64,000 nucleotides of DNA from Candidatus Caldipriscus sp. (GCA_049414445.1 JBMSAP010000083.1:6171-70170); one strand, 5' to 3'. Shown: positions 28,854-38,905, counted from the stretch's first letter. A program made the numbers and translations. The notes: generated by a model from the letters alone, not told the origin.

Positions 28854-29765
28854 TTAAACGTTTACCCTTTCCGCCTGCGTAAATTCAACCTCTATATTTT
28901 GGGGCTTCCCGAAGAATACAATCTCAACCGTCAGAACTCCCCTCTCAAGATCCACATCCACCACTTTCCCCTCCCTACCCTTTAACGTACCTTCCACTAT
29001 CTTAATAACATCACCCTTCTCAAAGGGGGCTTTCCTCTTTTCCTCCTGCTCCTGCCTCTGAAGGAGTTCCTCTATTTTCTTTATGTCCTCCTCCGAGGCG
29101 TGTATGTAAGTAGGCAAACCCGTGTTTGGATCCGTAGCCCTTATGGGTCTGGTTCCGGATATTGCCCTTGTTATTTCATCTATGATCCTTTGATCTTCCT
29201 CCATAAGGATGAAGATATAACCACCGTAAATTGGCTTCTCAATAATTTTCGTCTCGGTCTTGTATTTGTAGTGCTTTACCTTGAGGGCGCTTTTTACCCT
29301 TTCTATTTCAAAACCAAGGGCTTTTAACTTCTCTACCAAATTCTCGCTCTCCTCACCCTCAACTCCAAGGATGGAAGGATAAAGCCCCCTACTTAAAAGT
29401 TCAAGGAAAACCTCTTGGATTTTGCCCCTATCAAGTTTTTTTAGCTTATAAGTATTTTTCCCTACCTCCTCATATTCGTATGAGATTCCGCCAGACATTT
29501 TGCCCTTAAAACCAATCTGGAGGTTTGATATCAAGCGCGCAAACTCAATGGGAAACTTTGGGGGCACGGATTTTATAACGATATCGTAAATTTCCTCCGC
29601 AACCCTCCTCTTTACCTGCTTGGTTATTTTCTGGGTGGGAACAAATATCCTTTCCACCTTATTTTGCCAACCCTTGTCCCTAACCAATTTTTCAATCTTT
29701 TCCTTCGTCTTTAACTCTGTTCCACCCCTAGTCCAAAATATAAGCCATGTTTTGTTGGATGTCAT
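28854..29765 (-). CDS. nusG: Transcription termination/antitermination factor NusG, long form with an inserted domain
   Basis: 303 aa. NGN domain, a C-terminal KOW motif ('[22 protein letters not shown]'), and a ~120-aa insertion between them. Canonical position after secE. Confidence 0.85.
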   Translation of the reverse strand: MTSNKTWLIFWTRGGTELKTKEKIEKLVRDKGWQNKVERIFVPTQKITKQVKRRVAEEIYDIVIKSVPPKFPIEFARLISNLQIGFKGKMSGGISYEYEEVGKNTYKLKKLDRGKIQEVFLELLSRGLYPSILGVEGEESENLVEKLKALGFEIERVKSALKVKHYKYKTETKIIEKPIYGGYIFILMEEDQRIIDEITRAISGTRPIRATDPNTGLPTYIHASEEDIKKIEELLQRQEQEEKRKAPFEKGDVIKIVEGTLKGREGKVVDVDLERGVLTVEIVFFGKPQNIEVEFTQAERVNV

Positions 29766-29766
29766 A

Positions 29767-30003
29767 TTACCCTCCTGCTAGCAAAAGGAATATCCGGGAA
29801 ATTATGAGATCAAAAATCCAAACAAAGAGTGTGACAAATATAGATATTGCTATTACGCCCGCGGTTCCCACAACGATACTGTTCCAATCGGGCCAGCTAA
29901 GGCGGTTTATTTCCTCTTTTACACCCTCAAAGAATTCAGGCAAATTCGTTAAAATTTTTATCACCTTCCGAAAAGTTTCCTTAAAGTAGTTCAGGATGTT
30001 CAT
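29767..30003 (-). CDS. secE: Preprotein translocase subunit SecE
   Basis: 78 aa, single C-terminal TM helix. Located between rpmG and nusG as in most bacteria. Confidence 0.75.
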   Translation of the reverse strand: MNILNYFKETFRKVIKILTNLPEFFEGVKEEINRLSWPDWNSIVVGTAGVIAISIFVTLFVWIFDLIISRIFLLLAGG

Positions 30004-30167
30004 AACTTACCCTCCGTGTGGTGTGTATGTTTCCTGCACCATTTGCAGTACTTCCTCAGTTCAATCTTTTTCCTGTTGCTTCTGTTTTTCCTTATGGCGT
30101 AATTAAAACGTCCGCAAACAGAACACTTCAAACCCACCGTATGACTACCCTGAGCTTTTTTAGCCAT
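30000..30167 (-). CDS. rpmG: 50S ribosomal protein L33
   Basis: Zinc-ribbon 'CSVCGRFNY...CKWCRKHTHH'. The ORF track extends to 30197, but that extension would run into tRNA-Trp. The internal Met ('MAKKAQGS...') gives a typical 55-aa L33. Confidence 0.8.
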   Translation of the reverse strand: MAKKAQGSHTVGLKCSVCGRFNYAIRKNRSNRKKIELRKYCKWCRKHTHHTEGKL

Positions 30168-30170
30168 AAA

Positions 30171-30244
<74 letters not shown>

Positions 30245-30257
30245 GTTCCGAGTGGAT

Positions 30258-30263
30258 ATTATA
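30258..30263 (-). promoter_or_regulatory. Candidate -10 hexamer (TATAAT on the minus strand) for the tRNA-Trp/rpmG-secE-nusG-rplKAJL transcript
   Basis: TATAAT read directly 13 nt upstream of the tRNA 5' end. No convincing -35 found. If the organism is in the FCB group, its promoter consensus differs, so this is tentative. Confidence 0.25.
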
Positions 30264-30331
30264 AGGGTGTTTGTTTTACCTTACGACCTTTACTACCCTC
30301 CTACCCCCCTCGGAAACTCGTTCAAATTACC

Positions 30332-31295
30332 CTTAACAAGAATATACCGCTCCCGCATCGTCCCCGTAATAATCAAATCCATTGTAATCGTGTCCCGCGG
30401 GGTTCTGGTTGAAATTATAGTTATTTGCCCAGTTCGTTGAATATGCCCATTTTGTTGCCCACTGACTTCTGATCCGTTGAAGATTGAGCCACGTACTTGT
30501 TGCTCCAGGTGGAACCTCCGTTCGTCGAATATGCTATACCAACGTTGCAGTAGGACCCATTAGGTTTTATAAAGGATGAAGCTTTGTTGTTCCATTGGGC
30601 GGTTATATGGTTGCGAATTTTAGCAGGCCTGTTAAAGTTCGGGCAAGCGGTGGAAGAACCTGGATTAAGTATCCATAGATTTTAAGACCCTTATTGCTAC
30701 GGTGGGCCAAGAGAAGTAAGCGACGGTTGAGATAACACCCGTTAGCCTTATGGTGCTCCAACTTCAAGGATAACGGTTTGGTGGTAATATTGAGCAGGAC
30801 CAGTTGGATACGTCGTCTTGGCTTCCAGTATTCTTACAGAAATATATTTCGCCCTTTGGATTGGAAGAGTTGCAGTATATCATACCTATCGCATAAAACT
30901 TATTTGGATTAGGGATCACCTATAGTTCCAAGTACTTCCCCCGTCGGAGCTTAGGGCAAAATCGTTTGCAGAGAACCAACCCGTCCAATCGAGGTCTATC
31001 CAATGCGCCGTTATCCAGGAGGGGGACTTTAAGCTGATCCAAGCCAGTCGTTATATCCCAGTTTGAAACCTTTACAATATACGCTCCCCCAAAGGAAACA
31101 TATTACCACCTTGTAAGGCATAATCACATCCGGACGACTTGGTATACCCAAACCGAACTCCAAACCCTCGTCCAATTTAAAGGAAACCCCTTTCCACTCA
31201 GACGAAAGTTCAACTTCTTTTGAAAGTAAGGAATATTTGCCGTTGTAGGTGTAGTAGAGATTCACCCTTATTTTCCCGATTCCTTTCAGAAGCAT
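30332..31295 (-). pseudogene. Degraded gene for a BNR/Asp-box repeat protein (sialidase / glycoside-hydrolase-like beta-propeller), interrupted by multiple frameshifts and stops
   Basis: My own minus-strand translation gives two canonical Asp-box motifs, 'IAYSTNGGSTWSNKYV' (~30.5 kb) and 'FALSSDGGSTWNYR' (~30.93 kb). An intact 88-aa N-terminal ORF (31029-31295) ends '...GYNDWLGSA*'. The C-terminal aromatic tail is 'NFNQNPAGHDYNGFDYYGDDAGAVYSC*'. Across ~1 kb no frame stays open beyond ~90 codons. Confidence 0.5.
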
Positions 31296-31425
31296 GGTTA
31301 TACTCGCAAAGTCTTTACGAATGCTGGGTCTTAATACACCCTCCAGGTACCCGGTTTTTCCGGCGGAACCGAGGAAACCGGCACCGTTATGCCTACACCC
31401 TTGCCTTAGACATTATATGTTCGGA

Positions 31426-32523
31426 TCACAACATCCCCTCTATTATCCCCTTGAATTCCTCCGCGGCTTTATCCCATGTAAATTTCTCCGCAAAGGATCT
31501 GGCATTTTTAGAAAGTTCCAATCTTAACTTTTCATCCCTTATTATCTCCAAAACCCCTTTTGCCATACCATTAATGTCCCCATCATCAACCAAGAATCCA
31601 TTGTACCCATCTTTGACGGAATCTCTAATTCCTGGAACCCTAAAACCTACGACGGGCGTTCCACACGCAAAGGATTCCATATTCACCAATCCCCAACCCT
31701 CTTTTGCGGAAGTGTTTATAACCACCCATGCGGAAGACAGAATTTCCTTCTTTTTTTCTTCATCCACAAAACCTGCAAAGTTCACATCAATATCCAACTT
31801 CCCTGCTAAACTTTTAACCTTTCCCAAATATGGACCTGTACCCACCATAAGGTACTCGCAATCCTTGCAATTCTCGGAAATTTTCTTAAAAACCTTTAGG
31901 GCTATGTCCGGCCTCTTGTATCTCCTCATCCTATTAAGATAAACTATGAGGGGCCTTTCGGATTTTTTTGAGGGCTTGAAAAATTCCGTATCTATCCCGT
32001 TGTATATCACTTTAATATCTTCTTCCGGGATCCCACCCCTTACAAGCTCCTCCTTGGTGCTTTCGGACACCGCAATAAAAGGGATCCCTCTATAGAGTTT
32101 TGGGATCATTTTCTCATGAAGGAGAACGTAAAGGGCAAAAAATGGGTTTGTTTCCTCAAATATGGAATTGCCAAAAAGGTGATGCAAAATCGCCAGTTTT
32201 TTTCTCCTTGAGTAAAACCTAGTATAAAACGGGATCTTGTTTAGGTCCTCTATAACTAGGTCAAAGCCTATTTCCCTTTCAAGCCTTGAGTATGCGAAGG
32301 GCACAAAATAGTTAAAAGTATTTCTCTCTCCCACCCTGTGTACGTGAAGCCCTTCTAAGAATTCGTAATCCTTTGCCCCCTTAAAGGAGCAAACGAGGAG
32401 ATGTATTTCCCAGAATTTTGAGAGTCTTTTAAAAATTTCTCTCAGATGTACTTCCGCCCCTCCAGAAAGGGGATGTTTCCAATCCTGCCAGTTTATTACT
32501 AAAATTTTAGTGCTTCTTGACAA
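31426..32523 (-). CDS. Glycosyltransferase, GT4 (GT-B fold) family
   Basis: 365 aa. C-terminal GT4 signature 'SAKEGWGLVNMESFACGTPVV' (E-x7-E region). Confidence 0.8.
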   Translation of the reverse strand: MSRSTKILVINWQDWKHPLSGGAEVHLREIFKRLSKFWEIHLLVCSFKGAKDYEFLEGLHVHRVGERNTFNYFVPFAYSRLEREIGFDLVIEDLNKIPFYTRFYSRRKKLAILHHLFGNSIFEETNPFFALYVLLHEKMIPKLYRGIPFIAVSESTKEELVRGGIPEEDIKVIYNGIDTEFFKPSKKSERPLIVYLNRMRRYKRPDIALKVFKKISENCKDCEYLMVGTGPYLGKVKSLAGKLDIDVNFAGFVDEEKKKEILSSAWVVINTSAKEGWGLVNMESFACGTPVVGFRVPGIRDSVKDGYNGFLVDDGDINGMAKGVLEIIRDEKLRLELSKNARSFAEKFTWDKAAEEFKGIIEGML

Positions 32524-33649
32524 GCCCCAACCTTTCCCTCTCCCTCCACTCTTCCAAGAGTTCCTCCATCTCCTCCTTCAAAAAGTCGGGCATATAGCTG
32601 AATACATCCTCGAATGTTGTCTCGGGTCCTGGTATAGGGCTCTTTTCCGCTATCTCTATCGCCCTATTAAGTTCTTCCTCTACCCTCTTCCAAAGGAGTT
32701 CCTCCGCCATCTCGTTCCACCACCCGTTCCTTTCCATAAATAACCTCGTTCTCTTTAGGGGATCCCAAACCTTCTTCCAAACCTCAACTTCCTCCTCGTT
32801 CCTGTACCTCTTCGGGTCATCCGCGGTTGAATGCGCCCCATACCTGTAAGTTAAGAACTCTATTAGGGTTGGACCTCCCCCACTCCTCGCCTTCTCAACC
32901 GCGTATTTGGTTACCGCATAAACCGCCAACGGGTCGTTCCCATCCACGTAAAACCCCTCTATCCCATAACCCTTAGCCCTATGCGCTATCGGAAGCTCCG
33001 CGGTCTGTTTGTACCTGGGTACAGATATTGCCCAATGGTTGTTTTGACACATAAACACCACTGGTGTATTGAAAACCACCGCGAAGTTTAAACCAACATG
33101 AAAATCCCCCTGGGAAACCGCCCCATCGCCAAAATAAACCCCAACGACTTCCTTTGTTTTCCTATAATTTATCGCCATACCTATCCCCACCGCCTGAGGA
33201 ATTTGGTTTCCCACGGGAGAAGATATGGTGAGGATCTTTAATTCCCTCTTGCCCCAGTGTACGGGCATCTGCCTTCCCTTGTTGGGATCCAGTGCCCTAC
33301 CCATGAGCTGGGCGAACATCTCCTCCAAGGGATAACCCCTCACCATATAAACCCCATGTTCCCTATGTGCGGGTATTATCCAATCCTCCTTATCAAAAGC
33401 CCAAGCGGAAGCAACCTGCGCCGCCTCCTGCCCCTTCGCCTCAACGTAAAATAAAGCCTTTCCGGAACGGGTGAGTATTAAACCCTTATCGTCAAACCTC
33501 CTCGTTAAAACCATATAGTAATACATCTGCTTTAGGTCTTCAGCCGTAAGCCCAAGATCCTCAAGGGAAAAGTCCATAAGCGGTTCCCCATCGGGTCCAA
33601 TAAATCTTATGGGTTCATATGTAAAAGGCTGAAACATTTGCGTTCTCAT
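32507..33649 (-). CDS. Thiamine-diphosphate-dependent 2-oxoacid dehydrogenase E1 component, alpha subunit (pyruvate / acetoin / branched-chain type)
   Basis: 380 aa. TPP-binding 'GDGAVSQGDFHVGLNFA' and E1-alpha 'YRYGAHSTADDP' phosphorylation-loop motif. No E1-beta gene is adjacent. Confidence 0.75.
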   Translation of the reverse strand: MRTQMFQPFTYEPIRFIGPDGEPLMDFSLEDLGLTAEDLKQMYYYMVLTRRFDDKGLILTRSGKALFYVEAKGQEAAQVASAWAFDKEDWIIPAHREHGVYMVRGYPLEEMFAQLMGRALDPNKGRQMPVHWGKRELKILTISSPVGNQIPQAVGIGMAINYRKTKEVVGVYFGDGAVSQGDFHVGLNFAVVFNTPVVFMCQNNHWAISVPRYKQTAELPIAHRAKGYGIEGFYVDGNDPLAVYAVTKYAVEKARSGGGPTLIEFLTYRYGAHSTADDPKRYRNEEEVEVWKKVWDPLKRTRLFMERNGWWNEMAEELLWKRVEEELNRAIEIAEKSPIPGPETTFEDVFSYMPDFLKEEMEELLEEWRERERLGLVKKH

Positions 33650-33673
33650 CTTGGGTATTATAAGGGCGGTATT

Positions 33674-34537
33674 TTAATACCACCTGAACCTTACGACTGG
33701 TAAGGTGGTGTCCCTTGACCAAACCGCAAAGGAACCCTCAAAAACCTTTAATTTCCCCTTCGGATAACCCATAAGCCTAAATATGAAATATCCCAAGGAT
33801 GCCTCCCTACCGGTATTGCAATATAACACAAAGGTTTTTGCGGTTGGGCTTACGACCGCTTTAAGTATAGTATCAATCTCCTCCGCGGTTTTAAATACGA
33901 AATACCCATCTTGGGTTCTTTTGAAGAAGAATTCGTAAGGTAAGGAAAAGGCGGTGGGAATATGGCCAGGCCTTGGATAGAAGGGCTGTGCACGAACCCC
34001 AAAATAATACTCCGAAGGTCTCACATCAAAAACCTGATATTCCGGGTTTCCCAAAATTTTTAAGACAAAGGCTTTATCCACAATAAGCGAAGTGTCGGGA
34101 TATGCCCTTAGCCTTATTCTGGGGGATAAACCCCTCTTGTTGCTCGTGGGTAGTTTTCTTTTAACCCACTCCTCAAAACCCCCGTTTAGAACAAAAACCT
34201 TGTTGTATCCGAGGTACTCGAGGATAAAAAAGAGCCTAGCAGCATTTGCGTAAAAAATGGGAAGCTTTGCTGAGGAGTATATCAAAATGGGTTCATCCTG
34301 CCTTACACCCAGGGAAGAGATTACCTCTATAAGCTCCTCGAGGGGTTTCATTTGGAATGGGATCCCATTTTTAGCTTCAAGGAAGGCATTTACCGGCAAA
34401 TTCACCGCACCGAGTATATGCTCCTTTTCATATTCCTCCGGCTCCCTTACATCCACTATTACCCTAAACCTAATTTTCTGGGCGCTTGCCGGATCAACGA
34501 GTATATTTGCGGGATAAGATGACAAAAGGAGAAGCAT
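33674..34537 (-). CDS. Tandem-rhodanese sulfurtransferase (thiosulfate/3-mercaptopyruvate sulfurtransferase-like)
   Basis: 287 aa with two rhodanese modules. The second has the catalytic Cys loop 'YCNTGREAS'. Confidence 0.75.
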   Translation of the reverse strand: MLLLLSSYPANILVDPASAQKIRFRVIVDVREPEEYEKEHILGAVNLPVNAFLEAKNGIPFQMKPLEELIEVISSLGVRQDEPILIYSSAKLPIFYANAARLFFILEYLGYNKVFVLNGGFEEWVKRKLPTSNKRGLSPRIRLRAYPDTSLIVDKAFVLKILGNPEYQVFDVRPSEYYFGVRAQPFYPRPGHIPTAFSLPYEFFFKRTQDGYFVFKTAEEIDTILKAVVSPTAKTFVLYCNTGREASLGYFIFRLMGYPKGKLKVFEGSFAVWSRDTTLPVVRFRWY

Positions 34538-34538
34538 A

Positions 34539-37094
34539 TTGGGGATTTTAAAGTGGATATTTCACCACCTTAGAATGGCTAAATCAATGGGGCTAAAGGC
34601 TCTTGAGAAGGCTTTCCTGATGGGTTTAAGTGCGGAGGAGTACGAGGTAATTGAATCTCTTTTGGGTAGGGAACCGAACGATTTGGAGCTAGGGATCTTC
34701 TCCCTGAATTGGTCCGAGCATTGTAGTTATAAGTCTTCCAAAAAATTCCTAAAGCTCTTGCCTTCATCATCCGAAAGGACGGTTGTAGGTCCTGGGGGAG
34801 GGGCGGGAGTTTTGAGGCTTGAGGGGAACAAGGTGGTGGCATTCAAGATAGAGAGCCATAACCACCCTTCGGCGGTTGAACCTAAGAACGGAGCAGCAAC
34901 CGGGGTGGGGGGGATAGTTAGGGACGTTCTGAGTATGGGGGTGAGGCCCGTGGCTCTGCTTGATAGTTTGAGGTTTGGGGATTTCAGGAAATCAAAGAAA
35001 TCTTTGAACCTTTTAAAGGGGGTGGTTGAGGGGATATCAACTTACGGGAACTCCATAGGGGTACCAGTTGTGGGAGGGGAGGTTTTTACGGACGAAAGTT
35101 ACGAAGATAACCCTTTGGTGAACGTGATGTGCGTGGGTATAGGCGAGATGGAAAACCTGAAGGAGGGGGTTTTAAGGGGGGTTGGGAATTCGGTTATTCT
35201 TGTTGGTGCTCCAACGGGAAGGGATGGGATATTGGGTGCAACATTCGCATCCCAAACCCTTGAGGGAGATATTTCGGAAAAGAGGCCCGCGGTTCAGATA
35301 GGAGATCCCTTTATGGAAAAGCTTTTAATTGAGGCGGTCCTTGAGGCGGTAAAAACCCCATACGTTTTGGGTATGCAGGATCTTGGTGCTGGCGGATTAT
35401 CAACCGCATTACCCGAGATGGCGAATAGGGGAGGGGTTGGGGTGGAACTTTACACGGATAAGGTTCCTTTAAGGGAACCATTAAACCCTTTTGAGATTGT
35501 CTTATCGGAATCCCAAGAGAGGATGGTATTGTGCGTGGAAAAGGGTAAAGAGGAAGAGATACTGGGTATATTTAGGAAGTGGGGTTTAAGCGCGGAGGTG
35601 ATAGGGAGGGTTATAGAGGAGAAAGTTTTCAGGATCATACATGGGGACAAAATCCTGGCGGAGATCCCCTTGGCGTTTATCTTTAAGGCCCAACCTAAAC
35701 CCGATTGGATAGCAATTCCAAGGAGGGACAATTTTTGGGAGTTTTATGGGATATTTGGGGGAATAAAGGAGAATTTCAAGAGGTTGAGGGGGAAAAAGAG
35801 GAGGTATTCCCTGGTGCTTTGGGATATATTGGCTTTGGGGTTAAAGTACACGGGAACATCCAGGGGATTAAGCGAGGGGGAGGATGAGATAAAAAGGGAG
35901 GCGGTAAAGGTTAAGATAGGGGCAATAAGGGGAAACTTTGATATCTTTAAGGTTAGGGATGTGGCAAAGGCTTTGGAGGACTACAACTTTTTACTTGATA
36001 AACTTTCCGGGATTAAAGAGGAAGCGGAGAAGATCCTACCAATAAATCTCGTTAAGGAGCTCGCCTTGAGGGTTTTAAGAAGGCCTTCCGTTGCGTCAAA
36101 AAGGTGGATATACAGGCAGTACGACTATATGGTTGGGACGGATACCGTTGTAGCTCCGGGTGAAGCAGATGCGGCGGTTTTGAGGATAAAGGGGGAGGAT
36201 TACGCCTTGGCTCTTACCGTGGATGGGAACGGGAAGTTTTTGGAGATGGATCCTTATTGGGGAGCCCAGAGGGTAGCCTCGGAAGCCTGCGCAAACATAG
36301 CTTGCGTTGGGGGAGAGGTGATAGGATTTACCGATGGTGTGAATTTCCCATCACCCGCGGATCCGGTTGAGTATTGGAAACTTCAGGAAGCCATAAGGGG
36401 CCTTGCGGACTTTTCTTCATATATGGGAATACCCGTGGTTTCCGGAAATGTAAGCTTGTACAATGAGAGCGAAAGGCAGAAGGTTTTGCCGACCCTGATA
36501 ATAGGGGCTGTGGGGATAATAAGAAACCTCGAAAGGATACCTAGTATGGGTACAAAGGGTGAGGGTTCTTACGTATATTTGGTTGGGTATCCGGCATCAA
36601 GGTTTGATCTTGGGGGTAGCGAGTTTCTGTTGGAAATAGCGGAGATTTTGGGTGTGGAAAATAAAGGGGAAATATTAAAGTTCGCCAACCTTCCAAACGC
36701 TTACTACAAGGACCTTGATTATGTTAAGGGTATTCTGAAAGTTGTTCTTGAAGCTATAAAGATGAACCTTGTGGAAAGTGCCCACGATATTTCCGAAGGG
36801 GGATTATTTTCCGCCCTTGCGGAAGTGGTGATCAGGGGAAAATCCGGTATAGAGGCGAGTGTGGAAGGTTTTGGTGAGTTGTTTTCCGAGCTTGCTCTAA
36901 GGTTCGTTTTGATAACCAAAAAACCCAAAGAACTTGAAGAGATACTTTCGGACAACGGCGTTATGTTCCAATTTATAGGGAAAACAACAAAAGAAAGAAC
37001 GCTTAAAATAACCTATTACAGGAGAAAGAACTTGACTTTTAAGGTTTCCGAACTTGAAAAGGCGTACTATGGAACTTTTGAGAATATTGGATAG
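34539..37094 (+). CDS. purL: Phosphoribosylformylglycinamidine synthase subunit PurL (small PurL type), with a ~100-aa internal insertion
   Basis: 851 aa. 'WSEHCSYKSS', 'ESHNHPSAVEPKNGAATGVGGIVRDV' and duplicated PurM-like halves. Extra segment ~residues 395-500. Confidence 0.85.
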   Translation: MGILKWIFHHLRMAKSMGLKALEKAFLMGLSAEEYEVIESLLGREPNDLELGIFSLNWSEHCSYKSSKKFLKLLPSSSERTVVGPGGGAGVLRLEGNKVVAFKIESHNHPSAVEPKNGAATGVGGIVRDVLSMGVRPVALLDSLRFGDFRKSKKSLNLLKGVVEGISTYGNSIGVPVVGGEVFTDESYEDNPLVNVMCVGIGEMENLKEGVLRGVGNSVILVGAPTGRDGILGATFASQTLEGDISEKRPAVQIGDPFMEKLLIEAVLEAVKTPYVLGMQDLGAGGLSTALPEMANRGGVGVELYTDKVPLREPLNPFEIVLSESQERMVLCVEKGKEEEILGIFRKWGLSAEVIGRVIEEKVFRIIHGDKILAEIPLAFIFKAQPKPDWIAIPRRDNFWEFYGIFGGIKENFKRLRGKKRRYSLVLWDILALGLKYTGTSRGLSEGEDEIKREAVKVKIGAIRGNFDIFKVRDVAKALEDYNFLLDKLSGIKEEAEKILPINLVKELALRVLRRPSVASKRWIYRQYDYMVGTDTVVAPGEADAAVLRIKGEDYALALTVDGNGKFLEMDPYWGAQRVASEACANIACVGGEVIGFTDGVNFPSPADPVEYWKLQEAIRGLADFSSYMGIPVVSGNVSLYNESERQKVLPTLIIGAVGIIRNLERIPSMGTKGEGSYVYLVGYPASRFDLGGSEFLLEIAEILGVENKGEILKFANLPNAYYKDLDYVKGILKVVLEAIKMNLVESAHDISEGGLFSALAEVVIRGKSGIEASVEGFGELFSELALRFVLITKKPKELEEILSDNGVMFQFIGKTTKERTLKITYYRRKNLTFKVSELEKAYYGTFENIG

Positions 37095-37962
37095 GATAAA
37101 ATTTGAAACCTGCGCATGCATAGGTTCTTTTGACGGATTCCATTTGGGTCATCGTGCGATAGTTGAGGAGACAAAAAATTGCGCCCTATTGAGGGGTATG
37201 AAAACCTTGCTTATCACCTTCAGGAAACATCCAAGGTTGGATGAAAATTTGCTATTCTCCGAGGATGAAAAAATGGAATTTTTGGAAAATTTGGGGGTAG
37301 ACTTTGTCCTACTTTTGGAAAGGGAGGATATGGAGATCAAGGCGGAGGAGTTCCTGAGGATCCTTATAGAGAATTTTGGGGTAAAAAGGTTGGTTATGGG
37401 TTTCAACCACAGGTTCGGGAAGGACAGGGAAGGGGATCCCTCCTTCATTATAAGCAGAATGGAGGATTTCCCAATAGAGGTTTTGGTCTTTCCCCCAATA
37501 AAGATAAACGGGATAACCGTAAGCTCATCAAACATTAGGAAACTCCTCCTTGATGGGAAGGTGGAAGATGTAATACCACTTTTGGGCAGGAGGTACTCCC
37601 TTAAGGGTAGAAAGGTGAGGGGTAGGGGTTTTGGGAGGATTTTGGGGTTTCCTACGGTGAATTTGGAGGTTGATAGGGAGAAACTTATTCCTAAGGATGG
37701 GGTTTATGCGGTTTATCTTCCAGAATTGGATAAATTTGGGGTTATGCATATAGGGAAAAGGCCCACATTTTCTTTGGGGAAAGCGCTTGAAGTGCATATA
37801 TTGGACTTCGATGGGGATGTAGGGAAGACCTTAAGGGTGGAATTCATAAGGAGGATAAGGGATGTTAAGAAATTTGAAAGTGAGGATGAACTTAAGGAGG
37901 CAATAGCGAAGGATATTAGAGAGGCGTCTAAATTAAGGATGTTAGAACTTCATAAGGGATAG
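37054..37962 (+). CDS. ribF: Bifunctional riboflavin kinase / FMN adenylyltransferase
   Basis: 302 aa. N-terminal nucleotidyltransferase 'GSFDGFHLGHRAIV' and C-terminal riboflavin-kinase domain. Confidence 0.85.
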   Translation: MKRRTMELLRILDRIKFETCACIGSFDGFHLGHRAIVEETKNCALLRGMKTLLITFRKHPRLDENLLFSEDEKMEFLENLGVDFVLLLEREDMEIKAEEFLRILIENFGVKRLVMGFNHRFGKDREGDPSFIISRMEDFPIEVLVFPPIKINGITVSSSNIRKLLLDGKVEDVIPLLGRRYSLKGRKVRGRGFGRILGFPTVNLEVDREKLIPKDGVYAVYLPELDKFGVMHIGKRPTFSLGKALEVHILDFDGDVGKTLRVEFIRRIRDVKKFESEDELKEAIAKDIREASKLRMLELHKG

Positions 37963-38905
37963 TGCCCCAAATTTTTGCTATTCTATCTGCGGTGTTATTC
38001 TCCCCCAAGATCTCAACCCTGTCCCCAACCTTAAAGCTTTCTTCCTTAGAAAATACCATAAATGCATCCATGGTGATCCAGCCTGCCACTTTATAAAATT
38101 TCCCTTTGATAAAAACCTCAAGGCCCTCAACCCTCCTCAAGCCGTGAGCATAACCCACGGGAATTACCCCCAAGAACCCATCATCACATACGAACTTTCC
38201 ATCATAGCTAACCCTCTCCCCCCTTTTTACCCTCTTAACTTGTATAATTTTTGAGTACACCTTTTTTACGGGTTTAAGCCCCTCAAGTCCATAACCGTAA
38301 AGCAAGATTCCCACCCTTGATAGGTCGTAAATTGGTCCGAAGTTTATGAGCCCTAAGGAATTATTCACGTGCCTCCGTAGAGGTAAGCCTCGGGTAAGAT
38401 CCTCAAATATTTCTATCTGTTTTCTTGAAAACTCGAGGTCGTAAGCTTTGGGGAAGTGGGTGAAGACACCCTCAACCCTAAACCTCTCCCTCGCCCTCTT
38501 ATAGAAATCCAAAAATTCTTCGGGTTTTACACCCGTCCTATTCATCCCCGTATCTATCTCTATATGAACCTTAGTCCCTTTTGGCAAAACTTCGAGGGCT
38601 TCCCAGCCGTAAAGATTGAAAATTAAATTCTTTCTCTCGGAGAGCTCTTTTATGCTCCCATCAAGGGGGTCGTAATACAAGAGGAGGAATTTTGCGGGAA
38701 AATCGGAAACTGCGCTGTAATCCTTCGTTGAAGATATTAGAAACTCCCTTATTCCCATCCCGTACAGTTTCATAGATATTTCCCTTATTCCATGCCCATA
38801 AGCGTTCGCCTTTACAACCGCCATTATATCCTGCCCCTTTGAAAGTTCAAACACCTTCCCAACGTTGTACTCAAGCCCCTTAAGATCAATTTCCCTTTCA
38901 ATCAA
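37928..38905 (-). CDS. alr: Alanine racemase
   Basis: 325 aa. PLP-lysine motif 'AVVKANAYGHG' near the N-terminus. Converges on ribF with a 35-nt overlap. Confidence 0.8.
   Translation of the reverse strand: MIEREIDLKGLEYNVGKVFELSKGQDIMAVVKANAYGHGIREISMKLYGMGIREFLISSTKDYSAVSDFPAKFLLLYYDPLDGSIKELSERKNLIFNLYGWEALEVLPKGTKVHIEIDTGMNRTGVKPEEFLDFYKRARERFRVEGVFTHFPKAYDLEFSRKQIEIFEDLTRGLPLRRHVNNSLGLINFGPIYDLSRVGILLYGYGLEGLKPVKKVYSKIIQVKRVKRGERVSYDGKFVCDDGFLGVIPVGYAHGLRRVEGLEVFIKGKFYKVAGWITMDAFMVFSKEESFKVGDRVEILGENNTADRIAKIWGTIPYEVLTSLI

Noticed and set aside
31220-31942. 240-aa plus-strand ORF overlapping the GT4 glycosyltransferase and the pseudogene upstream region
   Set aside because: It is entirely antisense to a confidently identified glycosyltransferase, its translation is low-complexity (S/P/L/F-rich), and it has no start context; spurious.
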